64,000 nt of DNA from Archangium sp. (GTDB taxonomy: Bacteria > Myxococcota > Myxococcia > Myxococcales > Myxococcaceae). Shown here piece by piece: positions 54,767 through 62,830 of this stretch. The translations under genes were made by a program, and so were the position numbers. How positions within the stretch are numbered: the first letter of the stretch is position 1; every line of letters starts with the position of its first letter. Below the pieces are notes generated by a model. The model ran no database searches. It had not been told where the DNA came from and saw only the letters and a program-made list of their open reading frames with translations. Where the stretch lies: positions 1,608 to 65,607 of the forward strand of contig JANODF010000069.1 in assembly GCA_031412555.1 (NCBI GenBank), written 5' to 3'.

Positions 54767-57409
54767 ATGCGTCAGTCGCTGTGGAGTCTCTTCTTCGTCG
54801 TGGCGGCAGCGGGCTGTGGAAGCCCCTCCGCCGGTGCCCCTTGTACCCAGATGGACACCGTCACCTGTAAGTCGGGCACCGAGACCTGGGCTTGCATCGC
54901 GGGGAAATGGGCCGCTGCGCCCTGCAACGGGCCCGCAGGCTGCTCAGATGGGGCGGCCTTCAACTGCGATTTGACGCAAGCCACCGCGGGGACCGCCTGC
55001 CCTCCCTGGGCGGAAGGCCGGGCGGCCTGTCAGAGCGTGCCCCCCGCGCTGGTGAGCTGTTTTGGCGGCAAATGGCAGCAGACCACCCCTTGCACGAGCT
55101 GCTCGGTCGCCAGCGGCGCACCTGATTGTCAGCAGGGTGGCACCGGCGGTGGTTCGGGTGGCGGGACCGGTGGTGGTTCAGGTGGAGGCGCGGGTGGAGG
55201 CACCGGCGGCGGCGCGGTCGGCGGTGGCGCGGGCGGCGGCTCGGTCGGTGGCGGAACCGGCGGCGGCGCGGTCGGCGGTGGCACGGGCGGCGGCTCCGTC
55301 GGCGGCGGTGCAGGCGGCGGCACGGCGGCTTGCGGCCCTGGCAACTGCGCGGGGTGCTGCAGCAACGGGCAGTGTTTCACCGCGCCCCTCAACGGCTCGA
55401 CGAACTTCTGCGGCAACAACGGCGCGACCTGCGTCGACTGCGGCGCGACGGGCCGGCGGTGTGACAGCAACAGCTTCGTCTGCGTGGCCAGCACCGCGTG
55501 CAACCCCACCACCTGCGCCACGGGCTGTTGCTCCAACGGTCAGTGCTTCACGGCACCGCTCAACACGACCACGAACTTCTGCGGCACCAACGGCGCGGCG
55601 TGCAACGACTGTGGCCGTTTTGGCCTCGTCTGCAGCGCGCAGACCTTCACCTGCAACCCGCCCAACACCGGCGGTGGCGGCGGCGCGACGGGCGGTGGCA
55701 CGGGCGGCGGTGGTGGTGCACCTGATCCCTGCCAGGGCGTGCCCGTGGGTGGTCAATGTGTCTCGAGCTCGTTGGTGCGTTTCTGCTCGGTGCCCACGGG
55801 CACGGGCAACCCGACCGTGCAGACCTATCAATGCCCCGGCGGCAGCACCTGCCAGGCCACCGGCGCGGGCGCGGCCTGCGTGCAGACCGGCAGCTGCCGG
55901 CAGGACGACAGCCGTTGCGCCAGCCCCACCACCATTCAGCAGTGCAGCTCGAGCGGCACCTGGGGTGCGGCGCAGAATTGCGGCGGCGCTGGGTGCGTGG
56001 GCAGCTCCGTTGGCGCCAACTGCGCCATCGCCCTGGCGACGACCACGGTCACCGCGACCTTGCGGTACCAGACGCGAAGCCCCCTCCCCAACCTGAGCGA
56101 CTGGGGCACGCCGACCGCGGTCCCCGCGCGCAACGTGCTGGTCATCTCGATGCGCGGCCAGAGCTGGATCGACGCGACAGTGACCGACGCCAACGGGCAG
56201 TACGTGATCAAGGTGCCCAGCGCGCCCGGCAGCTCCGACGTCGTGCTCTTCGCCGCGTTCGGCGGTGACGGGTTGGGCATGCGCTACGTGGTCGGCGACC
56301 CCGGCCTGGGTACCGGCACCTTCTCACCCGGTCAGCAGGGCCAGAACGCGCGCTACTGGAGCTGGTCGAAGGCGGTCACCTCGCTCAGCAACGGCGGCGT
56401 CACCACCATCACCACCGCCGAAGGCTCGGGCGCGCTCAACATCTTCGATCTGCTGCAGAGCATCTACGCCACCTCGGTCGTGAACAATCAGGGCCGGCAG
56501 GGCCTGACCATCTCGATGTGGATGGGGATCGGCACCGAGTGGAGCTGCGGCGCTTGTTTCTCGGAGACCGGCGGTGATTTCGACTCGTCGATCTGGATGC
56601 CGGGTGGCTCGCAGGATCAAGGCTACTGGAGCGACTACACGATCGGTCACGAGCTGGGTCACTGGCAGATGGAGAGCTACGGAACCTCGCCCAACGAAGG
56701 TGGCTCTCACACGCTGACCTGCCCCACTTTCCCCGGGCAGGCGTGGAGCGAGGGCTACGCCACCTGGCACTCGGCGGCGGTGCGCAACGAGCCCTTCCTG
56801 GAAGACAAACAGGGTGGCCAGTTCTTCTGGTTCGACATCAGCTCGCGACTGTACTTCCCGCAGTTACCGAGCGAGGAATCGAGCATCAGCGGCCCCGGCG
56901 GCACCAACCTGCTGGCGCAGGTCGACGAGAACGCCGTGGCGGCGATGCTCTGGTACATCTCGAATTCGCGGCAGACCGGCTCGAGGGAGATCTTCAACGC
57001 GGTGGCCAGCCGGCACATGAACACCACGCCCTGGCCCCGCGGCTACACCCGCCGCACGTGGGACGTCGGGAGCAACTGCACGAAGACCAATGTGGTGAAC
57101 ACCAACCAGCCTTCGTTGCACCTGGCCGACGCGTTCGACGCGTTGAGCTGCGGGGGCAGCCCGGCGCAGAGCAACCGCATGCCGGCTGCGACGATTCTGC
57201 AGACCTGCAGCTCGCCCACCTCGTCGGGCAACGGCGCGTACTACCCCTACCCCACCACCTCGCCCATCTGCCGTTCGGGGTTCTGTTACGGCTGTTTGAG
57301 TGGCAGCACCTGCACCGCGGGCAACGTGGCCACCGCGTGCGGTACCGGCGGCGTTTCGTGCGTGCAGTGCGGCAGCGGTCAATCGTGCGTCAACGGAGTG
57401 TGCCTGTGA
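54767..57409 (+). CDS. Large secreted lipoprotein with Gly-rich linker, Cys-rich repeats and an HExxH (HELGH) metalloprotease-like domain
   Basis: ATG at 54767 gives MRQSLWSLFFVVAAAGC (lipobox). GGTGGGSGGG... runs follow. Two ~50-aa repeats are present: CxxCCSNGQCFTAPLNxxTNFCGxNGAxCxDCG. HELGH is encoded at nt 56648-56662. A related Cys module lies at the C-terminus. Confidence 0.75.
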   Translation: MRQSLWSLFFVVAAAGCGSPSAGAPCTQMDTVTCKSGTETWACIAGKWAAAPCNGPAGCSDGAAFNCDLTQATAGTACPPWAEGRAACQSVPPALVSCFGGKWQQTTPCTSCSVASGAPDCQQGGTGGGSGGGTGGGSGGGAGGGTGGGAVGGGAGGGSVGGGTGGGAVGGGTGGGSVGGGAGGGTAACGPGNCAGCCSNGQCFTAPLNGSTNFCGNNGATCVDCGATGRRCDSNSFVCVASTACNPTTCATGCCSNGQCFTAPLNTTTNFCGTNGAACNDCGRFGLVCSAQTFTCNPPNTGGGGGATGGGTGGGGGAPDPCQGVPVGGQCVSSSLVRFCSVPTGTGNPTVQTYQCPGGSTCQATGAGAACVQTGSCRQDDSRCASPTTIQQCSSSGTWGAAQNCGGAGCVGSSVGANCAIALATTTVTATLRYQTRSPLPNLSDWGTPTAVPARNVLVISMRGQSWIDATVTDANGQYVIKVPSAPGSSDVVLFAAFGGDGLGMRYVVGDPGLGTGTFSPGQQGQNARYWSWSKAVTSLSNGGVTTITTAEGSGALNIFDLLQSIYATSVVNNQGRQGLTISMWMGIGTEWSCGACFSETGGDFDSSIWMPGGSQDQGYWSDYTIGHELGHWQMESYGTSPNEGGSHTLTCPTFPGQAWSEGYATWHSAAVRNEPFLEDKQGGQFFWFDISSRLYFPQLPSEESSISGPGGTNLLAQVDENAVAAMLWYISNSRQTGSREIFNAVASRHMNTTPWPRGYTRRTWDVGSNCTKTNVVNTNQPSLHLADAFDALSCGGSPAQSNRMPAATILQTCSSPTSSGNGAYYPYPTTSPICRSGFCYGCLSGSTCTAGNVATACGTGGVSCVQCGSGQSCVNGVCL
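55136..55325 (+). repeat. Coding GGC/GGT-rich tandem repeat (GGxGGG and GGGAVGGG(A/T)GGGSV periodicity)
   Basis: Near-identical DNA units recur (ggcggcggcgcggtcggcggtggc.cgggcggcggctc.gtcgg.ggcgg) and encode GGGAVGGGAGGGSVGGGTGGGAVGGGTGGGSVGGGAGGG. Confidence 0.75.
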
Positions 57410-57906
57410 TGAAGCGTGTTCTGGCAGTGATGGTGTTCATGTCGGCGTGTGCCAACTCGACGCCGGCGCAGGAGTCGCCGAAGCCGATGAACACGACGGT
57501 GCGCATGCAGTCGCCCATTCGCGTGACGTGGGAGGAGGTCTCCCGTACCGACACCGAGGCGGTGGTGCTGGCGAAAGTGGAGCGGGTGAACAAGCTCGAC
57601 ATGTCGTTCTTGATGTCGGTCGAGTTGCCGCCCGGCGTGAAGTTGGTCGAAGGGCGCACACAGCTGACGCTGTTGCCGAACACCGAGGCGGTCACGGTGA
57701 CCGAGCGGTTGACGCTGTCGTTCACGGCGCCGGTCGAGGGCGATGCGCAGCTCAAGCTCGACGGTGATTCGGGCGCGATGGGCTTTCACGCCAAGGTGCC
57801 GTACCGGTTTGGCCGGCCTGCACCGGAAGAGACGGGGCCGAGCGCGACGGGTGTCGAGCCGCGCAAGGGCGACAAGAAATTCGGCCCGTCAGTGCCGCTC
57901 AAGTAG
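57409..57906 (+). CDS. Small lipoprotein translationally coupled to the upstream HExxH lipoprotein
   Basis: The ATG overlaps the upstream stop (TGATG at 57407-57411). MKRVLAVMVFMSAC has a lipobox. The ~165-aa protein looks beta-rich. It forms the tail of spurious ORF 56743..57906. Confidence 0.7.
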   Translation: MKRVLAVMVFMSACANSTPAQESPKPMNTTVRMQSPIRVTWEEVSRTDTEAVVLAKVERVNKLDMSFLMSVELPPGVKLVEGRTQLTLLPNTEAVTVTERLTLSFTAPVEGDAQLKLDGDSGAMGFHAKVPYRFGRPAPEETGPSATGVEPRKGDKKFGPSVPLK

Positions 57907-57925
57907 ACCAACCAAAACCAATGCG

Positions 57926-57971
57926 CCCCTCATTCCCTCTCCCCGAGGGGGAGAGGGTCAGGGAGAGGGCG
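57926..57971 (-). repeat. REP-like element, copy 7
   Basis: cccctcattccctctcccc-gag-ggggagagggtcagggagagggcg. The reverse complement equals the family consensus with the extended arm. Confidence 0.8.
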
Positions 57972-58178
57972 TACACCCCTTCACCCAAACCCACGCCTTG
58001 CCTCCGTCGCGAGTGAAGCAAGGCCCGTACGGATCAGGCGCCTCACCGCGCTCAATCACCGCATCGAACCGAAGCCCACCTGCTTCACCGAGCTTCCGCA
58101 CGACAGCCGCGCGAAGGTTGATGGCAGGTGTCTCCTAGCGCAGCGTGACCCGGCCCTTCGTGGCGCGGGTTGCGTAAG

Positions 58179-58215
58179 CCCTCTCCCCGACCCTCTCCCC
58201 CTCGGGGAGAGGGAG
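58179..58215 (+). repeat. REP-like element, copy 8
   Basis: ccctctccccgaccctctcccc-ctc-ggggagagggag, followed by the 9-mer tandem ggaggtctt x2 (58212-58229). Confidence 0.8.
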
Positions 58216-58286
58216 GTCTTGGAGGTCTTGGAGATGTTGTGAACGATGCGCGCAGCTCGAGAGCAGCAGGGCGACGAGCAGTCGTT

Positions 58287-59222
58287 TCATTTCCGGGCGC
58301 GAATCGCGTTCACGATGTCGGGAATGCCTGACTCGATCGAAGGAAAGCGGCAGGTGAACCCCGTCGCCTTCAACTTCGCGTTCGAGAGCCGCGCGTCACA
58401 CTGGAGACCTTCCGTACTCAACGTGCCGACGATCAACTTCGCCAACCACGCGGGCGAAGTGCGCATGCGCAACGGAACCCCGAGCGCTTTCGCCGTGACC
58501 TCGTAGAGCTCGGTCCACAACACCGGTCGATCATCGACCACGAAGTACCGCTCACCCACCTGCCCCACCTGGAGCAGGTGCAGCAGCGCCCGCGCACAAT
58601 CATCGGCGTGCATCATGGTGCCCCACCGGCTCGGCCCCGTGAGCTGGTTCGCCTTCTCGCCCTTGCCCAGCGGCCCCACGATGTATTCGGCGAACCACGA
58701 CGACGAGCCGTAGATGTAGCCGGGAAAACAGGTCACCACGGGCAGGCCTCGATCCATCCGCCCTCGCAGCTCCTGCAGCGCGTCGACCAGATAGGGTCCA
58801 AAGCCCTTCGGGTTCGGTGCCGCCGTCTCATCGCGCAGCTGCGTGCCCTGATCTCCATAGTAGCTGGTGCCCGCGACGTAGAGCACCCGCTTCGTGACCG
58901 CGAGATCGAGCCCCTCGAGCAGGTTGCGATCCATCGACAGGCGATCATCCCGCCAGGTCTCCGCGCGTTTCCGGCTCACCCGCCCGCCGAACGTCTGCGG
59001 CTGGGCGAGGTGCACCACCAGCTCGGCCGTACGAGCCACCTGCTGCCAGGGCCCCTTCACTTTCAGATCGCCCTCGACCGCTTCAGCCCCCAGCGCCTTC
59101 ACTGCGGCTCGACTCGCGTCCGAGCGGACCAGCGCGACCACCTCATGCCCCGCCGCGACCGCGTGGCGAAGAAACGGCGACCCGATGAACCCGCTCCCAC
59201 CCGCCACGAACACGCGCGCCAT
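58287..59222 (-). CDS. NAD-dependent epimerase/dehydratase family (SDR) protein
   Basis: MARVFVAGGSGFIGSPFLRH is a Rossmann motif; length is 311 aa. Confidence 0.8.
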   Translation of the reverse strand: MARVFVAGGSGFIGSPFLRHAVAAGHEVVALVRSDASRAAVKALGAEAVEGDLKVKGPWQQVARTAELVVHLAQPQTFGGRVSRKRAETWRDDRLSMDRNLLEGLDLAVTKRVLYVAGTSYYGDQGTQLRDETAAPNPKGFGPYLVDALQELRGRMDRGLPVVTCFPGYIYGSSSWFAEYIVGPLGKGEKANQLTGPSRWGTMMHADDCARALLHLLQVGQVGERYFVVDDRPVLWTELYEVTAKALGVPLRMRTSPAWLAKLIVGTLSTEGLQCDARLSNAKLKATGFTCRFPSIESGIPDIVNAIRARK

Positions 59223-59305
59223 GGGCCCACTTCACCCGGCAGCAGGAACCTTCACAACCTTTCGGAAATGTCGGCCGCGCTTTCGTTGACCTGCAGGGCC
59301 GCACG

Positions 59306-60052
59306 TTGTTTCACCCCGACATGGCTCAGTCCTTCACCGACTACCCGAACATCAGCAACCCCGAGTGCGTGTGGACGCCCCTGCGCGAGTTCGGCGGGTT
59401 GCCCAACGTGAAGTGGTGCGAAGAGACGCTGTGCGGAATCATCGCCGAACCCGCCAACACCTGGAGCAACCTCGCCTACCTCGTGGTGGCCGGCTGGTTG
59501 TGGTGGTTCACCCGCAAAGACGAGAGCCGCACCTTGCGTTTCTTCGCCCCGGTGGCCTTCTGGGTGGGGGTGACCTCGTTCGCCTACCACGCGACCGTTT
59601 CATTCCTCACGCAGGTCTTCGACTTCTGGGGCATGTACTTTTTCTTTGGCCTCGTGCTCCTGCTCAACCTGCTGCGCATGGGCAAGCTGTCAGCCGACAA
59701 GCTGTTCACCACCCTGTACATCTCGATCGCCGCGCTGACCGTCTTCACCGTGGTGATCGCCAAGCTCCACTTGCCGGTGCAGGGCATCGTGGGGTTCCTG
59801 ATCGTCGCCACCCTCACGACCGAGGTGCTGGCCAGCCGGTCGGCCGCGACTCCGGTGTCACACCGCTTCCTGGGCGTCTCGTTGGTCTTCATCGCCATCG
59901 CCTTCGGGTTCTCGGCGTCCGACGCCACCGGCGCCCGCTGTGATCCACAGGATCACCTCTTCCCGGGCCACGCGATCTGGCACGTGTTCGGCTCGGTGAG
60001 CATCGCGTTTGCCCACCTGCACTACCGGCAGTTCAAGTCGTTGTTCCGCTGA
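59306..60052 (+). CDS. Alkaline ceramidase-like (CREST/PAQR-related) 7-TM protein
   Basis: WCEETLCGIIAEPANTWSNLAYL, HATVSFLTQVFDFWGMY and HAIWHVFGS match the ceramidase-family His/Asp blocks. Seven hydrophobic segments are present. An alternative start is ATG 59321. Confidence 0.65.
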   Translation: MFHPDMAQSFTDYPNISNPECVWTPLREFGGLPNVKWCEETLCGIIAEPANTWSNLAYLVVAGWLWWFTRKDESRTLRFFAPVAFWVGVTSFAYHATVSFLTQVFDFWGMYFFFGLVLLLNLLRMGKLSADKLFTTLYISIAALTVFTVVIAKLHLPVQGIVGFLIVATLTTEVLASRSAATPVSHRFLGVSLVFIAIAFGFSASDATGARCDPQDHLFPGHAIWHVFGSVSIAFAHLHYRQFKSLFR

Positions 60053-60160
60053 AAGCCATTCGGCCACCTGCTCCGCTGATCCAGCGGAGGCTTCTGGCGC
60101 AACCGGCAATCCAAGGATTTCGTTGACGATTCGAGGGGATGCTTCTACGTACCGCCCGCC

Positions 60161-60649
60161 ATGTCGGAGCCCCTGTTCACCGCAGACGAGCAGAAGAAGT
60201 TCGATGCGGGTATCGCCGAGTTGCTCTCGCACTACCCCCCTGAACGAAAGAGCGCGGCGATGTTGCCGGCGTTGCGCCTTCTTCAGTCACTGAAAACCTG
60301 GTTGCCGCCCGAGGGCATGCAGCTGGTCGCTCAGCGTCTCGAGAGCACCGTGGAGGCCGCCTACGAGGTGGCCACCTTCTACGTGATGTTCCATACGAAG
60401 AAGCCCGGGACCTACGTCATCGACGTGTGCACCAACCTCGCCTGCGCCCTGCGAGGCGCAGAGGGCATGCTCGCGTACCTCGAGCAGAAGCTCGGCACGA
60501 AGGCCGGCGAGAACGGCGAGAAATACTTCCTGCGTGAGACCGAGTGCCTCGCTTCGTGCGGCACCGCGCCCTGTCTTCAGATCAACGAAGACCACCACGA
60601 GAACCTCACCAAGGTGAAGGTCGACGCCCTCCTGGAGAAGCTGTCATGA
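60161..60649 (+). CDS. nuoE: NADH-quinone oxidoreductase subunit E
   Basis: 162 aa with the NuoE pattern (SAAMLPALRLLQ, CTNLACALRGAE, ETECLASCGTAPCLQIN with the four 2Fe-2S Cys). Confidence 0.9.
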   Translation: MSEPLFTADEQKKFDAGIAELLSHYPPERKSAAMLPALRLLQSLKTWLPPEGMQLVAQRLESTVEAAYEVATFYVMFHTKKPGTYVIDVCTNLACALRGAEGMLAYLEQKLGTKAGENGEKYFLRETECLASCGTAPCLQINEDHHENLTKVKVDALLEKLS

Positions 60650-61983
60650 GCGTGCTCGCTGAGAAGGTCATCACCCGCGATTGGGCCAAGGGTCCCAACC
60701 ACACGCTGGCCGGCTACAAGAAGAACGGTGGCTACGCGCAGTTGAAGAAGGCGCTCACCATGGCGCCCGCGGCGATCACCGACGAAGTGAAGAAGTCGGG
60801 TCTTCGCGGCCGTGGCGGCGCCGGTTTCCCCACCGGGCTCAAGTGGAGCTTCGTGCCTTCGCTCGAGAAGAACACCAAGCCCCGCTACCTCGCGATCAAC
60901 GCCGACGAGTCTGAGCCTGGCACCGCGAAAGACCGGTTCATCCTCGAGAACGATCCGCACCTGATGCTCGAGGGCATCGGCATCGCCTGCTTCGCCCTGG
61001 GCGCGCACACTTGCTACATCTACTCGCGCGGTGAGTTCAAACACCCCTCGGCCGTGCTCGATAAGGCGATCGAAGAGGCGTACGCCGACGGCATCTTCGG
61101 CAAGAAGCTGATGGGCACCGACTACGAGCTGAACGTCTACCAGGTGCGTGGCGCAGGCGCGTACATCTGCGGCGAAGAGACGGCGCTGCTCGAGTCGCTC
61201 GAAGGCAAGAAGGGCTGGCCTCGCCTCAAGCCTCCGTTCCCCGCCGTGGTCGGCCTCTTCGGCTGCCCCACCGTGGTGAACAACGTCGAGACCATCGCTT
61301 CGTTGCCCCGCATCTTCGAAAAGGGCGCCGACTGGTTCATGAAGCTGGGCACGGGCAAGTCGGGCGGTACGCGACTGGTGACCGTGTCGGGCGCCGTGAT
61401 CCGCCCCGGTACCTACGAAGTGGGCATGGACACCTCGCTGCGCGAGCTCATCTACGCCAAGGAATACGGCCAGGGTCTGCCCGAAGGGCGCACCGTGAAG
61501 GCCTGCATTCCCGGCGGCAGCTCGGCGCCGGTGCTCAACGCCGACGAGCTCGACGTGAAGCTCGAGTTCGACGCGTTCAAGCCACTGCAGTCGATGGCCG
61601 GCTCGGGCGGCGTGATGGTGATGGACGACACGGCCTGCATGGTGCGCTGCCTGTGGCGCGTGGCCCGCTTCTACGCAGAAGAGTCGTGCGGCCAGTGCAC
61701 GCCCTGCCGTGAAGGCCAGCCGTGGATGGCCCGCATCATCCGCAAGATCGAAGAAGGCCGCGGCGAGTCTGCCGACCTCGACACGCTGATCAACGTGGCC
61801 CAGGCGATCGCGCCCTGGCCTCCGATTGGTCTGGGCAACACCATCTGCGCGCTCGGTGATGCAGGCGCGTTGCCGGTGCAGAGCTTCGTGCAGAAGTTCC
61901 GCAAAGAGTTCGAAGACCACATCGCGCAGAAGCGCTGCCCGCATGGTGATCAGCCCTGGGGCGTGTTCGGAGAGTTCAAGTGA
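60646..61983 (+). CDS. nuoF: NADH-quinone oxidoreductase subunit F
   Basis: The ATG overlaps the nuoE stop (ATGA). GLRGRGGAGFPTGLKWSF is the FMN/NADH site. YICGEETALLESLEG and ESCGQCTPCREG (4Fe-4S) are also present. Confidence 0.9.
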   Translation: MSVLAEKVITRDWAKGPNHTLAGYKKNGGYAQLKKALTMAPAAITDEVKKSGLRGRGGAGFPTGLKWSFVPSLEKNTKPRYLAINADESEPGTAKDRFILENDPHLMLEGIGIACFALGAHTCYIYSRGEFKHPSAVLDKAIEEAYADGIFGKKLMGTDYELNVYQVRGAGAYICGEETALLESLEGKKGWPRLKPPFPAVVGLFGCPTVVNNVETIASLPRIFEKGADWFMKLGTGKSGGTRLVTVSGAVIRPGTYEVGMDTSLRELIYAKEYGQGLPEGRTVKACIPGGSSAPVLNADELDVKLEFDAFKPLQSMAGSGGVMVMDDTACMVRCLWRVARFYAEESCGQCTPCREGQPWMARIIRKIEEGRGESADLDTLINVAQAIAPWPPIGLGNTICALGDAGALPVQSFVQKFRKEFEDHIAQKRCPHGDQPWGVFGEFK

Positions 61984-62501
61984 CCAGCGCGATCGTCGAG
62001 CAGGTTCTGTTCTGGGTCTTCGCGATCTCCACCATCGGCGCTGCGTGCGGCGTCATCTTCGCGCGCAACCCCATCGCCTCGGCCATGTCGCTGGTGGCGA
62101 CCTTCTTCTTCCTCGCCGGCATCTACATTCTGCTCTGGGCGCACACCATCGCGGCCCTGCAGGTGCTGGTCTACGCGGGCGCCATCATGGTGCTCTTCCT
62201 GTTCGTGATCATGCTGCTGTCGCTCTCTGATCACGGGCCGGTGATGACCTTCTCACCCACGCGCATCGCCGGTGGTGCAGCGGTGGTGGGGCTGTTCGTC
62301 GCGTTGGTCGCCGTGTTCCGCCGCCTGCCGGTGACCGAGCTTGCGTGGACCACCGACGCCGCCAAGATGAAGGACTTCGGGAGCATCAAGCACCTGGGCG
62401 AGATCATGTACACCCAGTGGCTTTTCCCGTTCGAAGCGGTGTCTCTGCTTCTGCTGGTGGCCATCCTCGGCGCCGTCGTCGTCGCCAAGCCGCGCATCTG
62501 A
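61980..62501 (+). CDS. nuoJ: NADH-quinone oxidoreductase subunit J
   Basis: The GTG start overlaps the nuoF stop (GTGA). NPIASAMSLVATFFFLAGIYILL...VLVYAGAIMVLFLFVIML is typical of NuoJ. Confidence 0.85.
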   Translation: MTSAIVEQVLFWVFAISTIGAACGVIFARNPIASAMSLVATFFFLAGIYILLWAHTIAALQVLVYAGAIMVLFLFVIMLLSLSDHGPVMTFSPTRIAGGAAVVGLFVALVAVFRRLPVTELAWTTDAAKMKDFGSIKHLGEIMYTQWLFPFEAVSLLLLVAILGAVVVAKPRI

Positions 62502-62508
62502 GGGCACG

Positions 62509-62820
62509 ATGATTCAGACCATCTCGACGTCGCACTACCTGATTCTCGCCGCGGCGCTGTTCTGCCTCGGCATGTTCGGCGTGCTCATTCGCCGCAACGC
62601 GCTCGTGGTCTTCATGTGCATCGAGCTGATGCTCAATGCCGCGAACCTCACGTTCCTCGCCTTCGCCCGCGCTCGCGGCGACGACCTGGGGCACTTGAGC
62701 GCCTTCTTCATCATCGCCGTGGCCGCGGCTGAAGCCGCAGTGGGCCTGGCAATCGTCATCTCGGTGTTCCGTGCCCGAGGCACGGTCAACATCGAGGAAA
62801 TTCAGTCGATGAAGCACTGA
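62509..62820 (+). CDS. nuoK: NADH-quinone oxidoreductase subunit K
   Basis: 103 aa with three TM helices. CIELMLNAANLTFLAF...AAAEAAVGLAIV is typical of NuoK. Confidence 0.9.
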   Translation: MIQTISTSHYLILAAALFCLGMFGVLIRRNALVVFMCIELMLNAANLTFLAFARARGDDLGHLSAFFIIAVAAAEAAVGLAIVISVFRARGTVNIEEIQSMKH

Positions 62821-62830
62821 GGGATCCATC

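Noticed and set aside
57975-58140. Minus-strand reading ...TKGRVTLR*ETPAINLRAAVVRKLGEAGGLRFDAVIERGEAPDPYGPCFTRDGGKAWVWVKG, lying between the two REP-like copies.
   Set aside because: It is interrupted by an in-frame TAG, has no start codon, and its third-position G/C is only about two thirds, well below real genes here. At best it is a decayed gene remnant.
60577-61944. 455-aa minus-strand ORF.
   Set aside because: It is antisense to nuoF, whose identity is unambiguous.
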